Positions 1 through 11,684 of a stretch of 64,000 nucleotides of DNA are shown in pieces. Location of the stretch: NCBI GenBank assembly GCA_900128395.1, contig LT649239.1, positions 1-64,000 on the forward strand. The letters are read 5' to 3'. Every line of letters begins with the position of its first letter. Position 1 is the stretch's first letter. Source of the stretch: Stramenopiles sp. TOSAG23-2. Taxonomy: Eukaryota. The position numbers were made by a program, and so were the translations under genes. Under the pieces are notes generated by a model that worked only from the letters and a program-made list of their open reading frames with translations, did no database searches and had not been told where the DNA came from.

Positions 1-97
1 CAGTCAGTTTCATTTAAAACATAATTAGATCAAAATATTCATGTACTTCTTTCCTTTAGACATGTGTTAAGAGATGTGTCTTATTTCGAATTAATTC

Positions 98-462
98 GTA
101 GAAGATTTAGATAGAAAAAATCGACACATTGTATTTTGGTGATATTTCTGATAATTTTTCAATATTTTGGTGATTTTTTGGCCTCTAACCCTAAACTAAC
201 CCGATCTTGAAAATCACATATCGGTATAAAGCTCGGCTTATACGTGATGTATGGACAGGAGAACAGTCGGGGATTGTTTTGTAGAAGATTTAGATAGAAA
301 AAATCGACATATTGTATTTTGGTGATATTTCTGAGAATTTTTCAATATTTTGGTGATTTTTTGGTCTATAACCCTAAACTAACCCGATCTTGAAAATCAC
401 ATATCGGTGTCAAGCTCGACTTATATCCGGTGTATGGACAGGAGGACGGTCGGGAAATGTTC
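98..462. repeat. Diverged tandem repeat, 2 x 183 bp, each copy containing a telomere-like TAACCCTAA seed
   Basis: gtagaagatttagatagaaaaaatcgac starts at 98 and 281; the copies differ by scattered substitutions. Confidence 0.9.
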
Positions 463-502
463 ATATCATCAGTATACGACTTTTAGGTATTGGTTTCAGC
501 TT

Positions 503-704
503 TGTATATAATGGGAAAGTGTAGAAATGGCATTCGTGTGAGTGTACGTTGGTGTTGAAAAATAGAGTGAGAGGTCCCGTCATGTAATGAAATGAAAAAT
601 CCATCATCACAACGATGAAATGTATATAATGGGAAAGTGTAGAAATGGCATTTGTGTGAGTGTATGTTGGTGTTGAAAAATAGAGTGAGAGGTCCCGTCA
701 TGTA
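503..704. repeat. Tandem repeat, period 118 bp, about 1.7 copies
   Basis: tgtatataatgggaaagtgtagaaatggc at 503 and 621, near-identical through ggtcccgtcatgta. Confidence 0.9.
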
Positions 705-2272
705 CGGGTATGACCCCGCAGTGCTGAGTAGTGCTAGCATCTCTAACCCTAACGTAAATGATCAAAATGCACGATATTTTTAATAAGCAAGGTTCTACTG
801 GTAAACTGCCAAGACCACGACCTACAGATATTGTATACGTAATAAATAACGGATATACAACGTTTCAAAGTCTAATTTTAATATCTTCAATGAAAGTTTT
901 CAACCTTTCATGATTTTCACCATTTCGATGAAAAAGTGCTCTAATACTAACTCCATGCTAACGTACGATTTAAAAAAAATTCTCAGCACTTTTTGTTAAA
1001 AACATAATTATACACGTAAACTCTCGGAGAAAAGTTAAATATATCACCTATGACATAGAAACTACGATATTTTATCAAAATTTTTTATGTTTCATGTTCT
1101 AAATGAAGATTTCTAGCTCCCGTTAAAATTGTTGTGTATGAAAATCGATCTGGATTTTTAGGCCTTTTTCAACCATGTTCAAATACATTGCAAAATAGGG
1201 TATAGTTAATACAATATATCTCAAGTCAATCAAAATATTAATACAAAAGTAGGTTCGATTCTCATTAATACATGTATAGAGCCAAACCTAAGAGTAAGTT
1301 GATGACAACTGAGTGTCAGGAACATACTTTACTAACAACGTTTCAATTGCATGTCAAAGTACCCTTACTATGGAATAGGCTTGTAAAACCTTAATAAAAG
1401 TGTCAAAAAATGTGCATTTTTGAGTGAAAATTCACTTTGGGTCTAGCGTTTCATGTAAATGTAATATTTATTTTGGTTGGAGTTTAGAGATACAAGTAAT
1501 ATATATAAAGAAAGGATGCGGAAGTTTATATGGGGTGTAAATGTTGGAAATGATGTTTGGAGACATAATGCAAATTTTGTATATCTGATGAAATTTCTCA
1601 ATTTTCGTACCCACTTTGGCGGAACTTTTAAAAATGAAAATATAATTGGCAAAAATATTCGTGTTTGAGGTGTTAGAGAAATGTAGTATAAAGTTGGTAG
1701 TCTAATTTACATAATTTTGGCAATATACTTAAAACTTAAGTATGGAGATTTTTTGTTAAACTATAGTATGGAGATTTTTTGTTATTTTCTATAGTAATGA
1801 TAATTGTCCCTATGAAGTTTTTTTAATATATGGAAATAGCATTAAGAAATTAGCATGGACAGGCGCCTTTCAACATTTTACACTTGAAAATTGTGTTTTT
1901 CTGCCATGTTTTCTGTTTTTCGTTTCCTAACATATTTATACTTAATGTAGTCCTTTTCATATACTCAGTAGATTTGTAGTGTTTGATATATTTGATAGGT
2001 CATATTAGGTATTTTTTGTACTTGAGAGAAGGGCATATTTCTCCAAAAAAAAAATTCTACTAAAAAAAACTGGACCACCAACAAGAATGCCTGGAAAATG
2101 CCAGAATGAAGACGTTATAATTAATTTTTTTTTTTTTCTTGATAATTATTATTATTTCAATTGATGAATATATGAAATAATAAAATGGTATGAACATGTA
2201 ACAAACAAAGTAGGAAAATCAATCTCATTATTATTTTGCAATCTTTGCAACAAAACAACAAAAAACTCAAAG

Positions 2273-4225
2273 ATGGACTTACGTCATATACATTCAAAAG
2301 GAAATGCATCGAAATATACAGGTATGGAAACCATTCGTTGTAAAAGTTGTGGTACAACAATGGGATTTCCAACGAAACGTGTTAAGTTAGTTTATAGGTA
2401 TTGTACATATTGCCAATTAGATATAGGAGAGTTAACGTATAATGATTCGGATGAAGGTATTTACTGCGAAGTAAAGGAGGATGATCCGAATTCTGCCGGT
2501 GGATTAATTAAACGTTTACGTCTTGTCATACGTGCAGCTGCATGGGGACATCCTAGAGATGGTGCAAAATCGATTGATGTAACCGATAAAATTCAAAAAA
2601 TGGTAGACGAAGGCACGGGTGACTCGTTAACAATAAATGCTAAAAAATTTAAACCACTAAAAACTTTTGGTGATCCATATGAAAAGGGCCGAAAGCAATT
2701 AACTATACTTACACGTTATGGCGATCGCTATTGTGAACGGTACGTCATGCAAGGGAAAGGTGATAGGCTGAAAAAATCACTTAAAATTGTACCTCCATTT
2801 GACCCATGGTTATTTATTATATATGCTACATATGGACATCGAGCAGATCCACGTTGCCAATACAATGTTACGGAAAAGTTACAAGCTAGAATAGACGATG
2901 CAGGTGGTAGATATTTAGGTATACCAGGGGATGAAGATGTAGCAAACTGGTTTGGGGATCCATATCCTGGTGGCCGTAAACATTTAATTATTGATTATGA
3001 AATGGGTGGCTGGCTAGGTGATGTTACTGTCCCGGAAGCACATGGACATGTATTGGAACCATTGACAATAATAGCACCCATGGTAACTCCACAATTAAAA
3101 ATTAATTATGCTCGATTTGGTATGTTAAAACCGTTAAAAGAACAAAGTTTACTTAAAGGTGCGAGACCTAAATTTGTGGATCAATATTACAGTGGAGAAG
3201 TAAACGATATAAGCAAAGATGGTACATATAGTATTAAATTTGATGATGGTGATTTTAAATCAGGTATTACATCTGCTCAAATACGATCTTTGGACAAAAA
3301 GGAAGAAAAGAAAATGGAAAAGAAAAAACCTAAAAGTATAAATGATATTGAAATTGATAGTGGTGGTTTTGAAATTGGTGAACGTGTCGAAGCTGATTGC
3401 TTCTCTAACAGTGAAACATTAACTTTGATTTTGCAGAAAAGAGCTGATTATTGTGAAGGAGAACGTTTAGAAATTACTACAGAGGATAACATGATTGAAA
3501 TTGTTGGTAAAGATCCATGTCCAGGACTTGCCAAAGTATTGTACATAGAATATACATTAAGAGAACATGCCGGTAAAGCAAAAATACGATGTGATACAAG
3601 TGGACATTTAGTAGAAACATTATCATTAGAAACACCTGCATATAAAGAAGGTGGAGAACGTTCGCGACTTTTAAAAGGAAATAATATGTTGGTAGCACCT
3701 GGTGTAAATTTAAAAAGTGCTGGTTTTGGGCACCCATCAATGGATTCTAGAAAAGGTTTATATGATATTACCTCTATTTTGACACGGCGTTTGGATCGTA
3801 ATAAAGGTAAACTTTTACACGTCCCGCGTAGTGAGGATTTGGAAAAAAGTTTTGGTAATCCATGCCGTGGTGTATTTAAAAATTTATTTATACGATACCA
3901 AATGCCAATGTGGATGCAAACATTAGAAGTTGAAGGTATTGGTAGGCGTTTACAAGCAACTGTACGTCTTGGATGGCCTGGAGATATAACAGTATCACCA
4001 AAACCAAAAGATGTACCATTAAAAACAAAAGGTGGGCAAGGATGGTCAACAAGATGGAAAGGTGATTTTGATGAAAATGCTTTGCATGCATCCAGGCATG
4101 AAATTGCTATGGAGAAAAAGAGAAAAATCGAAGCTGCACATAAAGCATTGCAATTAAAGATTGCAATGCAAAAACGCAAAGAGAGAGAAGCTATATTAGC
4201 AAAGAAAGGAAAATTGTTGTTGTAA
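2273..4225 (+). CDS. Protein with an N-terminal CxxC..CxxC zinc ribbon, four DUF3395/SUEL-like (DNAJC11 C-terminal-like) repeats and an inserted Tudor-like segment
   Basis: 650-aa ORF; four units of AxYG..DVT..LQ..FGDPxPG..KxLxIxY; RCKSCG and YCTYCQ; YYSGEV..DGTYSIKFDDGD. Confidence 0.7.
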   Translation: MDLRHIHSKGNASKYTGMETIRCKSCGTTMGFPTKRVKLVYRYCTYCQLDIGELTYNDSDEGIYCEVKEDDPNSAGGLIKRLRLVIRAAAWGHPRDGAKSIDVTDKIQKMVDEGTGDSLTINAKKFKPLKTFGDPYEKGRKQLTILTRYGDRYCERYVMQGKGDRLKKSLKIVPPFDPWLFIIYATYGHRADPRCQYNVTEKLQARIDDAGGRYLGIPGDEDVANWFGDPYPGGRKHLIIDYEMGGWLGDVTVPEAHGHVLEPLTIIAPMVTPQLKINYARFGMLKPLKEQSLLKGARPKFVDQYYSGEVNDISKDGTYSIKFDDGDFKSGITSAQIRSLDKKEEKKMEKKKPKSINDIEIDSGGFEIGERVEADCFSNSETLTLILQKRADYCEGERLEITTEDNMIEIVGKDPCPGLAKVLYIEYTLREHAGKAKIRCDTSGHLVETLSLETPAYKEGGERSRLLKGNNMLVAPGVNLKSAGFGHPSMDSRKGLYDITSILTRRLDRNKGKLLHVPRSEDLEKSFGNPCRGVFKNLFIRYQMPMWMQTLEVEGIGRRLQATVRLGWPGDITVSPKPKDVPLKTKGGQGWSTRWKGDFDENALHASRHEIAMEKKRKIEAAHKALQLKIAMQKRKEREAILAKKGKLLL

Positions 4226-4772
4226 AACGTTAATTTGTTGTAGGAAAAGTAAAATTTGTAGTATGTGTGTGTGTGTGTGTGCGTAACGTGTGTATTGATA
4301 TTTATTTTATATATATTTTAAAACAGTCTATATATATCATAATATGATTATATTAATAAAATATATTAATATTTTTTATTTCTACTCGCGATAATTCCTA
4401 CTCTCAAAAGTATGTGTGTCAATAACTACGTACGCTCGTAACAAAAACAGGAATTACAGATGAAGTGCGGCATTTTTAATATGATAAAGTGTACAATGTC
4501 GTTTGAAAGTAAAAATATTAATATGATTTTTTTAAAAATGTTAATCCTCACTAATGACAAATAATAATCTAAAAAATGGTAATATATACTTTAAGATTTT
4601 AACCGCGTTCATAAATCTAAAAAATGGTATATATATCTAATATTTATAAAATAAACCAAACTTCGTACGTAAATACCAAACTCTTCTCATATTTTATTTA
4701 ACAACTTGTTTACATTTACAAGAAACCATGTATACATTCACCCACATACAATACATTTACATACACACATAT

Positions 4773-5828
4773 TTACTCAACTTTTTCTTCAACATTAGCC
4801 GCTTTCGATAATCTCGATGCTTTCGCTATTTTGCCAATCGTACGCATGACTTTAATACGTGCTTGTGCTTTTTTCCATTTCGTTTTTGCGCATATATTAC
4901 CGATACCATCTTGAATATGATGACCCAAATCGCCTTCTCTCCGTTTTGTCTTATCACATATCCATGGATGTGCCAATACTTCTTCTGCAGAATAACGTTC
5001 TTCAGGATCAACAACTAATAATTTAGAGATTAAATCTTTTGCACTATCTGAAACTTCATCCCAATATGGCGATAAGAATTCGTATTCTGCTGCCTTTATC
5101 GATTGGAATAATTCCATTAAATTGTCATCCTCCGCATAAAACGGTTGAAAACCACACAATAAGATATATGCAATAACGCCCAAACTCCACATATCAACTT
5201 TTGGTCCATACATTGGTGATGTTTGGATCACTTCTGGCGCAACATAACTTGGTGTACCACATGCTGTTTCCATCATATTGCTTGCAGTATCTTGATCAAT
5301 ATACTTTGCTAAACCAAAGTCTGTAAGTTTCAACGTATTTCCATCGTTTTCACTATAGATTAAATTTTCTGGTTTTAAATCACGATGAACGATATTATGA
5401 TCATGCAAATATTTCAATGCTTCTGCCACTTGGCATATGACATCAGCGGCTTCTTCCTCGCCATATTTTTCTTTCTGCGCAATACGATCAAAAAGTTCGC
5501 CACCGTTGCAAAGTTCTACCATTAATATTAAATGCTTATCACTCTCAAACATTTCATATAGTTGTACACAGCCTTTATTTTTAATTTTGAGCATTATATC
5601 TACCTCATCTTTCAGCAACGGCAGGTCTTCGTGCGTACAAGTAGCTTTATCTATAATTTTTGCTGCCACTTGAGCTGGATATTCTGATCTTTCTGGATCT
5701 CCATTGTTGACTTTTGTAGCTGAACGAACAGTTGCAAACGAGCCCTTTCCTAACACTTTTTTACTTACAGTCCAATATTTGGAACATTCCTCTTTTTTTA
5801 ATACACCAGATGAACCAGATGCACCCAT
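4773..5828 (-). CDS. CaMK1-like Ser/Thr protein kinase with a putative N-myristoylation site
   Basis: GKGSFATV, HRDLKPEN, DFG, CGTPSYVAPE, C-terminal KWKKA calmodulin-binding-like helix; starts MGASGS. Confidence 0.93.
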   Translation of the reverse strand: MGASGSSGVLKKEECSKYWTVSKKVLGKGSFATVRSATKVNNGDPERSEYPAQVAAKIIDKATCTHEDLPLLKDEVDIMLKIKNKGCVQLYEMFESDKHLILMVELCNGGELFDRIAQKEKYGEEEAADVICQVAEALKYLHDHNIVHRDLKPENLIYSENDGNTLKLTDFGLAKYIDQDTASNMMETACGTPSYVAPEVIQTSPMYGPKVDMWSLGVIAYILLCGFQPFYAEDDNLMELFQSIKAAEYEFLSPYWDEVSDSAKDLISKLLVVDPEERYSAEEVLAHPWICDKTKRREGDLGHHIQDGIGNICAKTKWKKAQARIKVMRTIGKIAKASRLSKAANVEEKVE

Positions 5829-6609
5829 ATTTTTGTATTTGTGAAAGTGTTAGCTTATATAAAATATTCTCTATATATTATAGATTATCTTATTGTAGTA
5901 ATATATAATTAATTGTTGTATCTCTATATTAATATATACTATATATTATATATATATATACTTGGGATTAACGGAATGTAAATTTAAGATAAATATATGT
6001 TGTGTGTAGTCCAGGCAGTCGTCTTATTTCTCCACTTCTTCTCTTCTTTTTTCTAACATATCTTGCGAAGGGTGATGTATTTACTGGTCGATCTTTTATT
6101 TATTCATTACAGTTTAAAGATACTTATAGCGTAAATCATAGACATTTTCATTTTAAATATCCCAAAAAGCGTGAGGTACTCTTTGTATCCAACTTCATAA
6201 TACTGGTAATATTTCTTTTGTGCACTTTAACTTTTTTGGTGAGAAGCAGGAGTTGCAGAAACGCCGAAAAAAAAAAGAAAAAGCTGCGCCAGCAGCAGTG
6301 TCCAGCTGGCCCAGACAAAAAAGGCTGTTGCTAGTACGTAGTAGTATATGATTTTGTATATTAAAAATAGCATAAATATAGTATTGGAGAATTTTTGTGT
6401 TTCGCCTACATAGACTATTACATTATTACAGCTTAACAGTTGTTGTGTCAAAAAATAAAGACTGTAAAAATATATATTATCATTACATTGTATATATATT
6501 TCAATCAATATTTTTGTATAAGACTGGAAATCTTCCCATTCGTAATATATTGAAAGTACAATAAAGGCTAAAGGCCAAAGAATAAGCATATATTCATTAT
6601 TATTACATA

Positions 6610-7656
6610 ATGAAAATTCGTAACTTACCCGTTCCTATATGGAAGCGTAAACAACATGTAAAAATTCCTGTAATAATAAAAGGCAGTAAAGCAAGAAAAG
6701 ATGACTTGAATTCCGTTGGAACAGCCGTATCAAACGAGTTTTGTCGTAAAATATTATGGAATCAATATCCTAAAAATCTAATAGACGTAGTAAAAGAAAA
6801 GGCTGGAGCGGCACCACCACCAATACCGTTGGGCCCGAGTGATTTTGAAGAAGATGGGAGGATGAAAGCTGAAACTATTAAACGATCTATAGAACAGGTC
6901 TATCCTGGTGCAGAACCAAATCCAACTTTAAGAAAAGCTATATTAGGTGTATTATCAGATGAAGGTTTAAATTATTCAAATACATATTTTGCTTGCTCAA
7001 GATCGCCATTGAACGTCAGTACCATTTTTAATGGCGATTGGCTCTTTCCAAAAGATTATGTAAATATTGGTGGATTAGGCGGTTTGCCATTTGGTGGTCG
7101 TTCCGCGTTTCGCACAGTAATGAAACGTGTTCCAGACTCATGTTGTTTGTTACTTGTATCATCGACTCATACGGGCTTTGATCCAGCTGGAAATTTAGGT
7201 TTTGTACAACGTTTGGATACTAAAACCATGCAAGTCTCTCCCCCATTGCAAACATGTCGTGCAGGCATGAAAGCATTTCGAATATTATTAGCAGATCCAG
7301 ATTATTCATTAACAGAATTAGAACAACAAGATAAGCAATATAATTATATATTTAATCTAATAAAACATCATTTTGATCATATTTCTGAATGTGATTTTGT
7401 TACTGAAGGTATTGGACGTGTATTTTTAGATAAATCAAGAACAACACTATTGAAATATTTAAGTGAATCTAAAAAGGCACAGAATACAATCGTTGTTATA
7501 TTAAGTGGTACGCAAATTGAAACCCCATCTGGTATGGATGATTATTTTAGTATAACCGATTTAGAAATAAGACGTGGATCAAGGCCAGAAGACTTGAAAA
7601 GTTATAAAGATAAATTAAAATATTTTCTTGATCGAGAGCATTTATCACAACATTGA
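6610..7656 (+). CDS. LCIB/LCIC-family (theta-carbonic anhydrase-like) protein, probably catalytically degenerate
   Basis: YPGA..NT..IGGLGGLPFGG..RVP..HTG..GNLGFVQR..CRA follows the LCIB motif order; the CxDE motif reads SPLN. Confidence 0.7.
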   Translation: MKIRNLPVPIWKRKQHVKIPVIIKGSKARKDDLNSVGTAVSNEFCRKILWNQYPKNLIDVVKEKAGAAPPPIPLGPSDFEEDGRMKAETIKRSIEQVYPGAEPNPTLRKAILGVLSDEGLNYSNTYFACSRSPLNVSTIFNGDWLFPKDYVNIGGLGGLPFGGRSAFRTVMKRVPDSCCLLLVSSTHTGFDPAGNLGFVQRLDTKTMQVSPPLQTCRAGMKAFRILLADPDYSLTELEQQDKQYNYIFNLIKHHFDHISECDFVTEGIGRVFLDKSRTTLLKYLSESKKAQNTIVVILSGTQIETPSGMDDYFSITDLEIRRGSRPEDLKSYKDKLKYFLDREHLSQH

Positions 7657-8131
7657 ACAATAATGCATTTTTGTTCAAATATATAAAAAAATTCTCTTAT
7701 TTATAATATATTTAAAGATTTTATTTACTCATAAGGTATATAATAATATTATAACGTAAACACTAACGATAATTGATAGTGTATTAATATAAAAGTTGTT
7801 CACAAATATATATATCCTCCATGTGTAATATTTTGAGTGGTGTTTGAGAGTCTTCTCTCAGGTACAATCTATCATACTTGTACATTTATTTATAAACATA
7901 CAAACAAATATATATATATGTAACAAAAAATGTTCATAAAATTAAAATTCCAATTTTGAAAATGTAACAAACGAAGAAATCGAATTTGGAAGATGAATAA
8001 ATATTGGCCAAAATGTAGCCCTTCAGTAGTGAGCGGGATGGGTAAAACGTAAAAAATTATTTTTTCAAAAATAATAAATACCCCGAGAACCGTAAATTTT
8101 AATAAAAAATAAAAATTGTGCACACACATTT

Positions 8132-9058
8132 TTACACTATGCCATCGTCATCATATTGTCGTTGTTGTTGTTGATGGTATTTCTTTTCACTGGTTGAATT
8201 TATTTTATGTTTTGTCGATGATGGACCTTTTATCATCCGTTTTGCGATTTTTCTTATGCCTTTTAAACTGAAATATGATTTTGTTGGTGTATTTCTAGGC
8301 GATTTATTGTTATCACTATTTCGACGGGCATCTTCATTAATGTCAATTACGTTGAAGGAATTACGATTGTTGCTATCACTACTATCTTTGCTAATACTGC
8401 GATTGATACCTGTACCATTCATCTCATCATCATCCTTATTATAATTTGAAATATAATCAACTTCATAATCACTATTACTATCATTTTTTAATACAGATGA
8501 AAATAGGCTTTCGCCATCGATCAATTGTTTTTTTTTCTGCAAACGATTTGCATCTTTGCTGTTGTCATCTATACTATTAAAAAAACTATTACTTAATAAT
8601 TGCTTTTGATTTTGTTCATCGATTTGTTGTTTCTTTTTCAATGCTACATAATTCAGTTCCATTGATTTCTTTAAATCTGCTGCTTGTTTTCTTTTGGACT
8701 CAGCAACTGCAACTGCTTCAATACCAGTCAATGACATTCGTGCTAATACTTTCCCTTTCTTGCTATTTGATGCCCGCGATGATGTAGATGATGAATTTGA
8801 TCGAACACTACTAATGGATGATGATGCATTTGATCGACTTGATTTTGATGTAGCATGGCTACTAAATGAATGTTGCGAATCAGTATCGATAGACGATAAT
8901 GATTCCGCATATGCAGTCCTTCCACGTATATGCAATGACCGTCTCATTTCATCCGATAATGACCTGGTCTTTTCATTTTTATTCAATAATTGATCAACAT
9001 CTACATCTAACAGTGCTAAATCATTTAATGATATTGCTTTTGCTTGCATAGCTTCCAT
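8132..9058 (-). CDS. Hypothetical low-complexity Ser/Asn-rich protein
   Basis: 308-aa ORF with host-like codon usage; no recognisable domain. Confidence 0.7.
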   Translation of the reverse strand: MEAMQAKAISLNDLALLDVDVDQLLNKNEKTRSLSDEMRRSLHIRGRTAYAESLSSIDTDSQHSFSSHATSKSSRSNASSSISSVRSNSSSTSSRASNSKKGKVLARMSLTGIEAVAVAESKRKQAADLKKSMELNYVALKKKQQIDEQNQKQLLSNSFFNSIDDNSKDANRLQKKKQLIDGESLFSSVLKNDSNSDYEVDYISNYNKDDDEMNGTGINRSISKDSSDSNNRNSFNVIDINEDARRNSDNNKSPRNTPTKSYFSLKGIRKIAKRMIKGPSSTKHKINSTSEKKYHQQQQRQYDDDGIV

Positions 9059-9563
9059 TACTACTTCTAAAGAATTATATTATATAATTTATTTGTCGGT
9101 ATGTATACACACACACACACACACACATATATTTAATACTCGCTTTGATCTCATTTGATTTTCCTTTACTGTTTATCCTCATTGTAGATTCGTACACATT
9201 TATTACATTTTATATATTTTAATATATGGATTATCACATGTAGTAAATATATGTGATTTTTGTAGAAGAATTCTTTTCCATTTTGTTTTGGAGCGTATTT
9301 TTGAGTATTGTGCTATATTCTAATTATCATTCAAGTATAAATTATGGGTCATTTGAGAGGTACATATAGGCGATTAAGGTGAAAATGATGATTTTTGCGA
9401 AAAGAAATCATCAAAAAATACATATCTTTTTTTGGTATTATTATATATATTGTTCTCTTATGTGTTGAGGGTTCAGGAACAGAAATCCAAAACATATAAT
9501 ACGGCATTGAGGTCAGTATATATATTGCCTGTAATAAGACAACTCTTATACCAGAAAAAAAAA

Positions 9564-10172
9564 ATGTCTACCAATAACGAACCACCAACACAACATTTAG
9601 CACATCATTTTAGATATATGGCCATGTATCATAAACATTGCTGCGCGTGTTTAATTAAAGCAATACAAGAAAAGATGCCTGATGGTGAGACAGGTGATGT
9701 TAATAATAATTTGTACAAAAAAAATGTGTCTCTGTTTTTTAATTCTATACATGGAACCATGAACCATTTATTAGGAGGTGATGAGATATGGTATGGTCGT
9801 ATAAACGGTAGTGAAGTGCCAAAGGATATATTTCCAATCTATTTATTAGATGGTGTTGAGCTAGGAAGAAAGTGGGAAGAAAGATATGAAAACAGAAATG
9901 AATTATTTGAAAAATTATTAGGACAATGTGATAGGTGGATCGAACTGTTGAAAGATAAAGATGATGCATGGTGTATTGCCAATATAACGTATCATGATAC
10001 GGAAGGTGTTGCTACAAATCTTGTACGTGCATCAGGCTTAACACAAGTGTTTAATCATGGAACGCATCATCGTGGACAAATTTCAGCTGTATTTTCAAAA
10101 TTCAATTTTGAGTGTCCTTCTTTTGATTTTCAATCATTGCAAGATAAGTTTTTAAAATATCAAGTTGTGTAA
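9564..10172 (+). CDS. DinB/YfiT-family metalloprotein
   Basis: FFNSIHGTMNHLL..DEIW and FNHGTHHRGQ His motifs; first ATG at 9564 (MSTNN). Confidence 0.9.
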   Translation: MSTNNEPPTQHLAHHFRYMAMYHKHCCACLIKAIQEKMPDGETGDVNNNLYKKNVSLFFNSIHGTMNHLLGGDEIWYGRINGSEVPKDIFPIYLLDGVELGRKWEERYENRNELFEKLLGQCDRWIELLKDKDDAWCIANITYHDTEGVATNLVRASGLTQVFNHGTHHRGQISAVFSKFNFECPSFDFQSLQDKFLKYQVV

Positions 10173-10399
10173 TATAGTTATTTACTTTTGGGGTATAAAA
10201 AATATTCACACAAATATAAAACACACTTCTCGTTAAAAAAAATAATAATTTTTGTTACCTCCTCTCTCTCTCCAGAACACAAACGCATAATGTATTTTAT
10301 CCGCACCCGGTATTCATTTTATGCACATATAGAACTAAGTCCATTTTATTAATAATATCTTTTTCTGTTCCTCCTCATTTTCTTTTATATGGTGTGTAT

Positions 10400-11038
10400 T
10401 TACAATTCTTTTTTCAAAAATATATCATGGACAGATTTTTTAATTTTTTTAATTGGACCGCGATTTCCATAACATTGTATTCTATCTAAAGAACCTTTCT
10501 TAGATGATTGTCCTAATTTTTCCAAATACTTTTGATGGTCTTCATGTGCTTTTGTATATACGAACGGTGTTTCAATTGAAGTAACTATTGGTTGGCTATA
10601 AACATGTTTTTCATTTAAAACGTTTATCATCTTTATAGCTTTATTCTTCTGAAAATCATCAACAGGAAATATGGCGCTACGATATTGAGTCCCTGCATCA
10701 CCACCTTGACGATTTAAACTTGTAGGATCGTGAAGAGTGAAAAAAACTTTTAATAATTCATCATAACTTACAATATTTTCATTATATTGTATATGTACAC
10801 TTTCTGCATGGCCAGTTCGTCCAGAAGTCACTTGACGGTATGTTGGGTCGATTGTTTTCCCACCACAAAACCCAACTGATGTTTCAACAACACCTGGTAT
10901 CCTTTGATATGCTAATTCAATTGACCAATAGCAACCTGCAGCAAAATATGCATTTTTAATATTATTATTATTTTCAGATAATGTACATGATATTAATAAT
11001 ACAAAAATGGTTACAATGAACAAGTGCACTGATTTCAT
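10400..11038 (-). CDS. msrA: Peptide methionine sulfoxide reductase A with signal peptide and C-terminal KKEL
   Basis: FAAGCYW, PTYRQV..TGHAE, HDPT..NRQGGDAGTQYRSAIF, AHEDHQKYL, IQCYG; hydrophobic N-terminus. Confidence 0.95.
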   Translation of the reverse strand: MKSVHLFIVTIFVLLISCTLSENNNNIKNAYFAAGCYWSIELAYQRIPGVVETSVGFCGGKTIDPTYRQVTSGRTGHAESVHIQYNENIVSYDELLKVFFTLHDPTSLNRQGGDAGTQYRSAIFPVDDFQKNKAIKMINVLNEKHVYSQPIVTSIETPFVYTKAHEDHQKYLEKLGQSSKKGSLDRIQCYGNRGPIKKIKKSVHDIFLKKEL

Positions 11039-11684
11039 TTTATCAATTATATATGTATACGATATCAACGGAAATTAAACACAATATAGTTGTATGAATT
11101 AATTATATATATATACATATATATATGTATTGATTTATCAACACAAGCCTTAGGCAAGCTACTATTCGTTTTCATTTTCTATAATAATAATTATAATAAA
11201 TTAATAGGAAAGTGCCAAAGATCTTATTGTCCTTATCCTCTAAGCCATTTATTATATTTTCGAGCGAGCGGTTTTTACACAATGCTGTATAGTGTTAATA
11301 ATCGATTAAATATCGACATATAAAAATAGTTTTGAGGGGTTAAATAAAGTTAAATTACTAAAAATACCACTTTACCAACTACTCATACCTCTGCACCTCT
11401 TGCAACATTGCATATATCTATTATATATTACTAAGCACTGGAGAAGTAAAATTGTTAAAACTTAGATTTTATCCACATGTCAAAAAATATTATGCAAATA
11501 CCTCTTACAAACTCTAACACGCGAGCTTAAAATACACCAAACGTTTGTAAACGTTTTAATGTTTGACGTTCGACGTTATAACTATTACAATACGAACGCC
11601 GTAGAAAAAAATTAAATTATCTCAGTGTTTTTTTATTGAAATTAACCAAGAACAAAATCACATTTCACCAAAACAAAGTTAAAA

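Noticed and set aside
483-1668. Short ORFs in the first 2 kb
   Set aside because: They overlap repeats, have no motifs and lack host-like codon structure.
3448-4179. 243-aa antisense ORF, and similar antisense ORFs within real genes
   Set aside because: Shadow frames of well-supported genes on the opposite strand.
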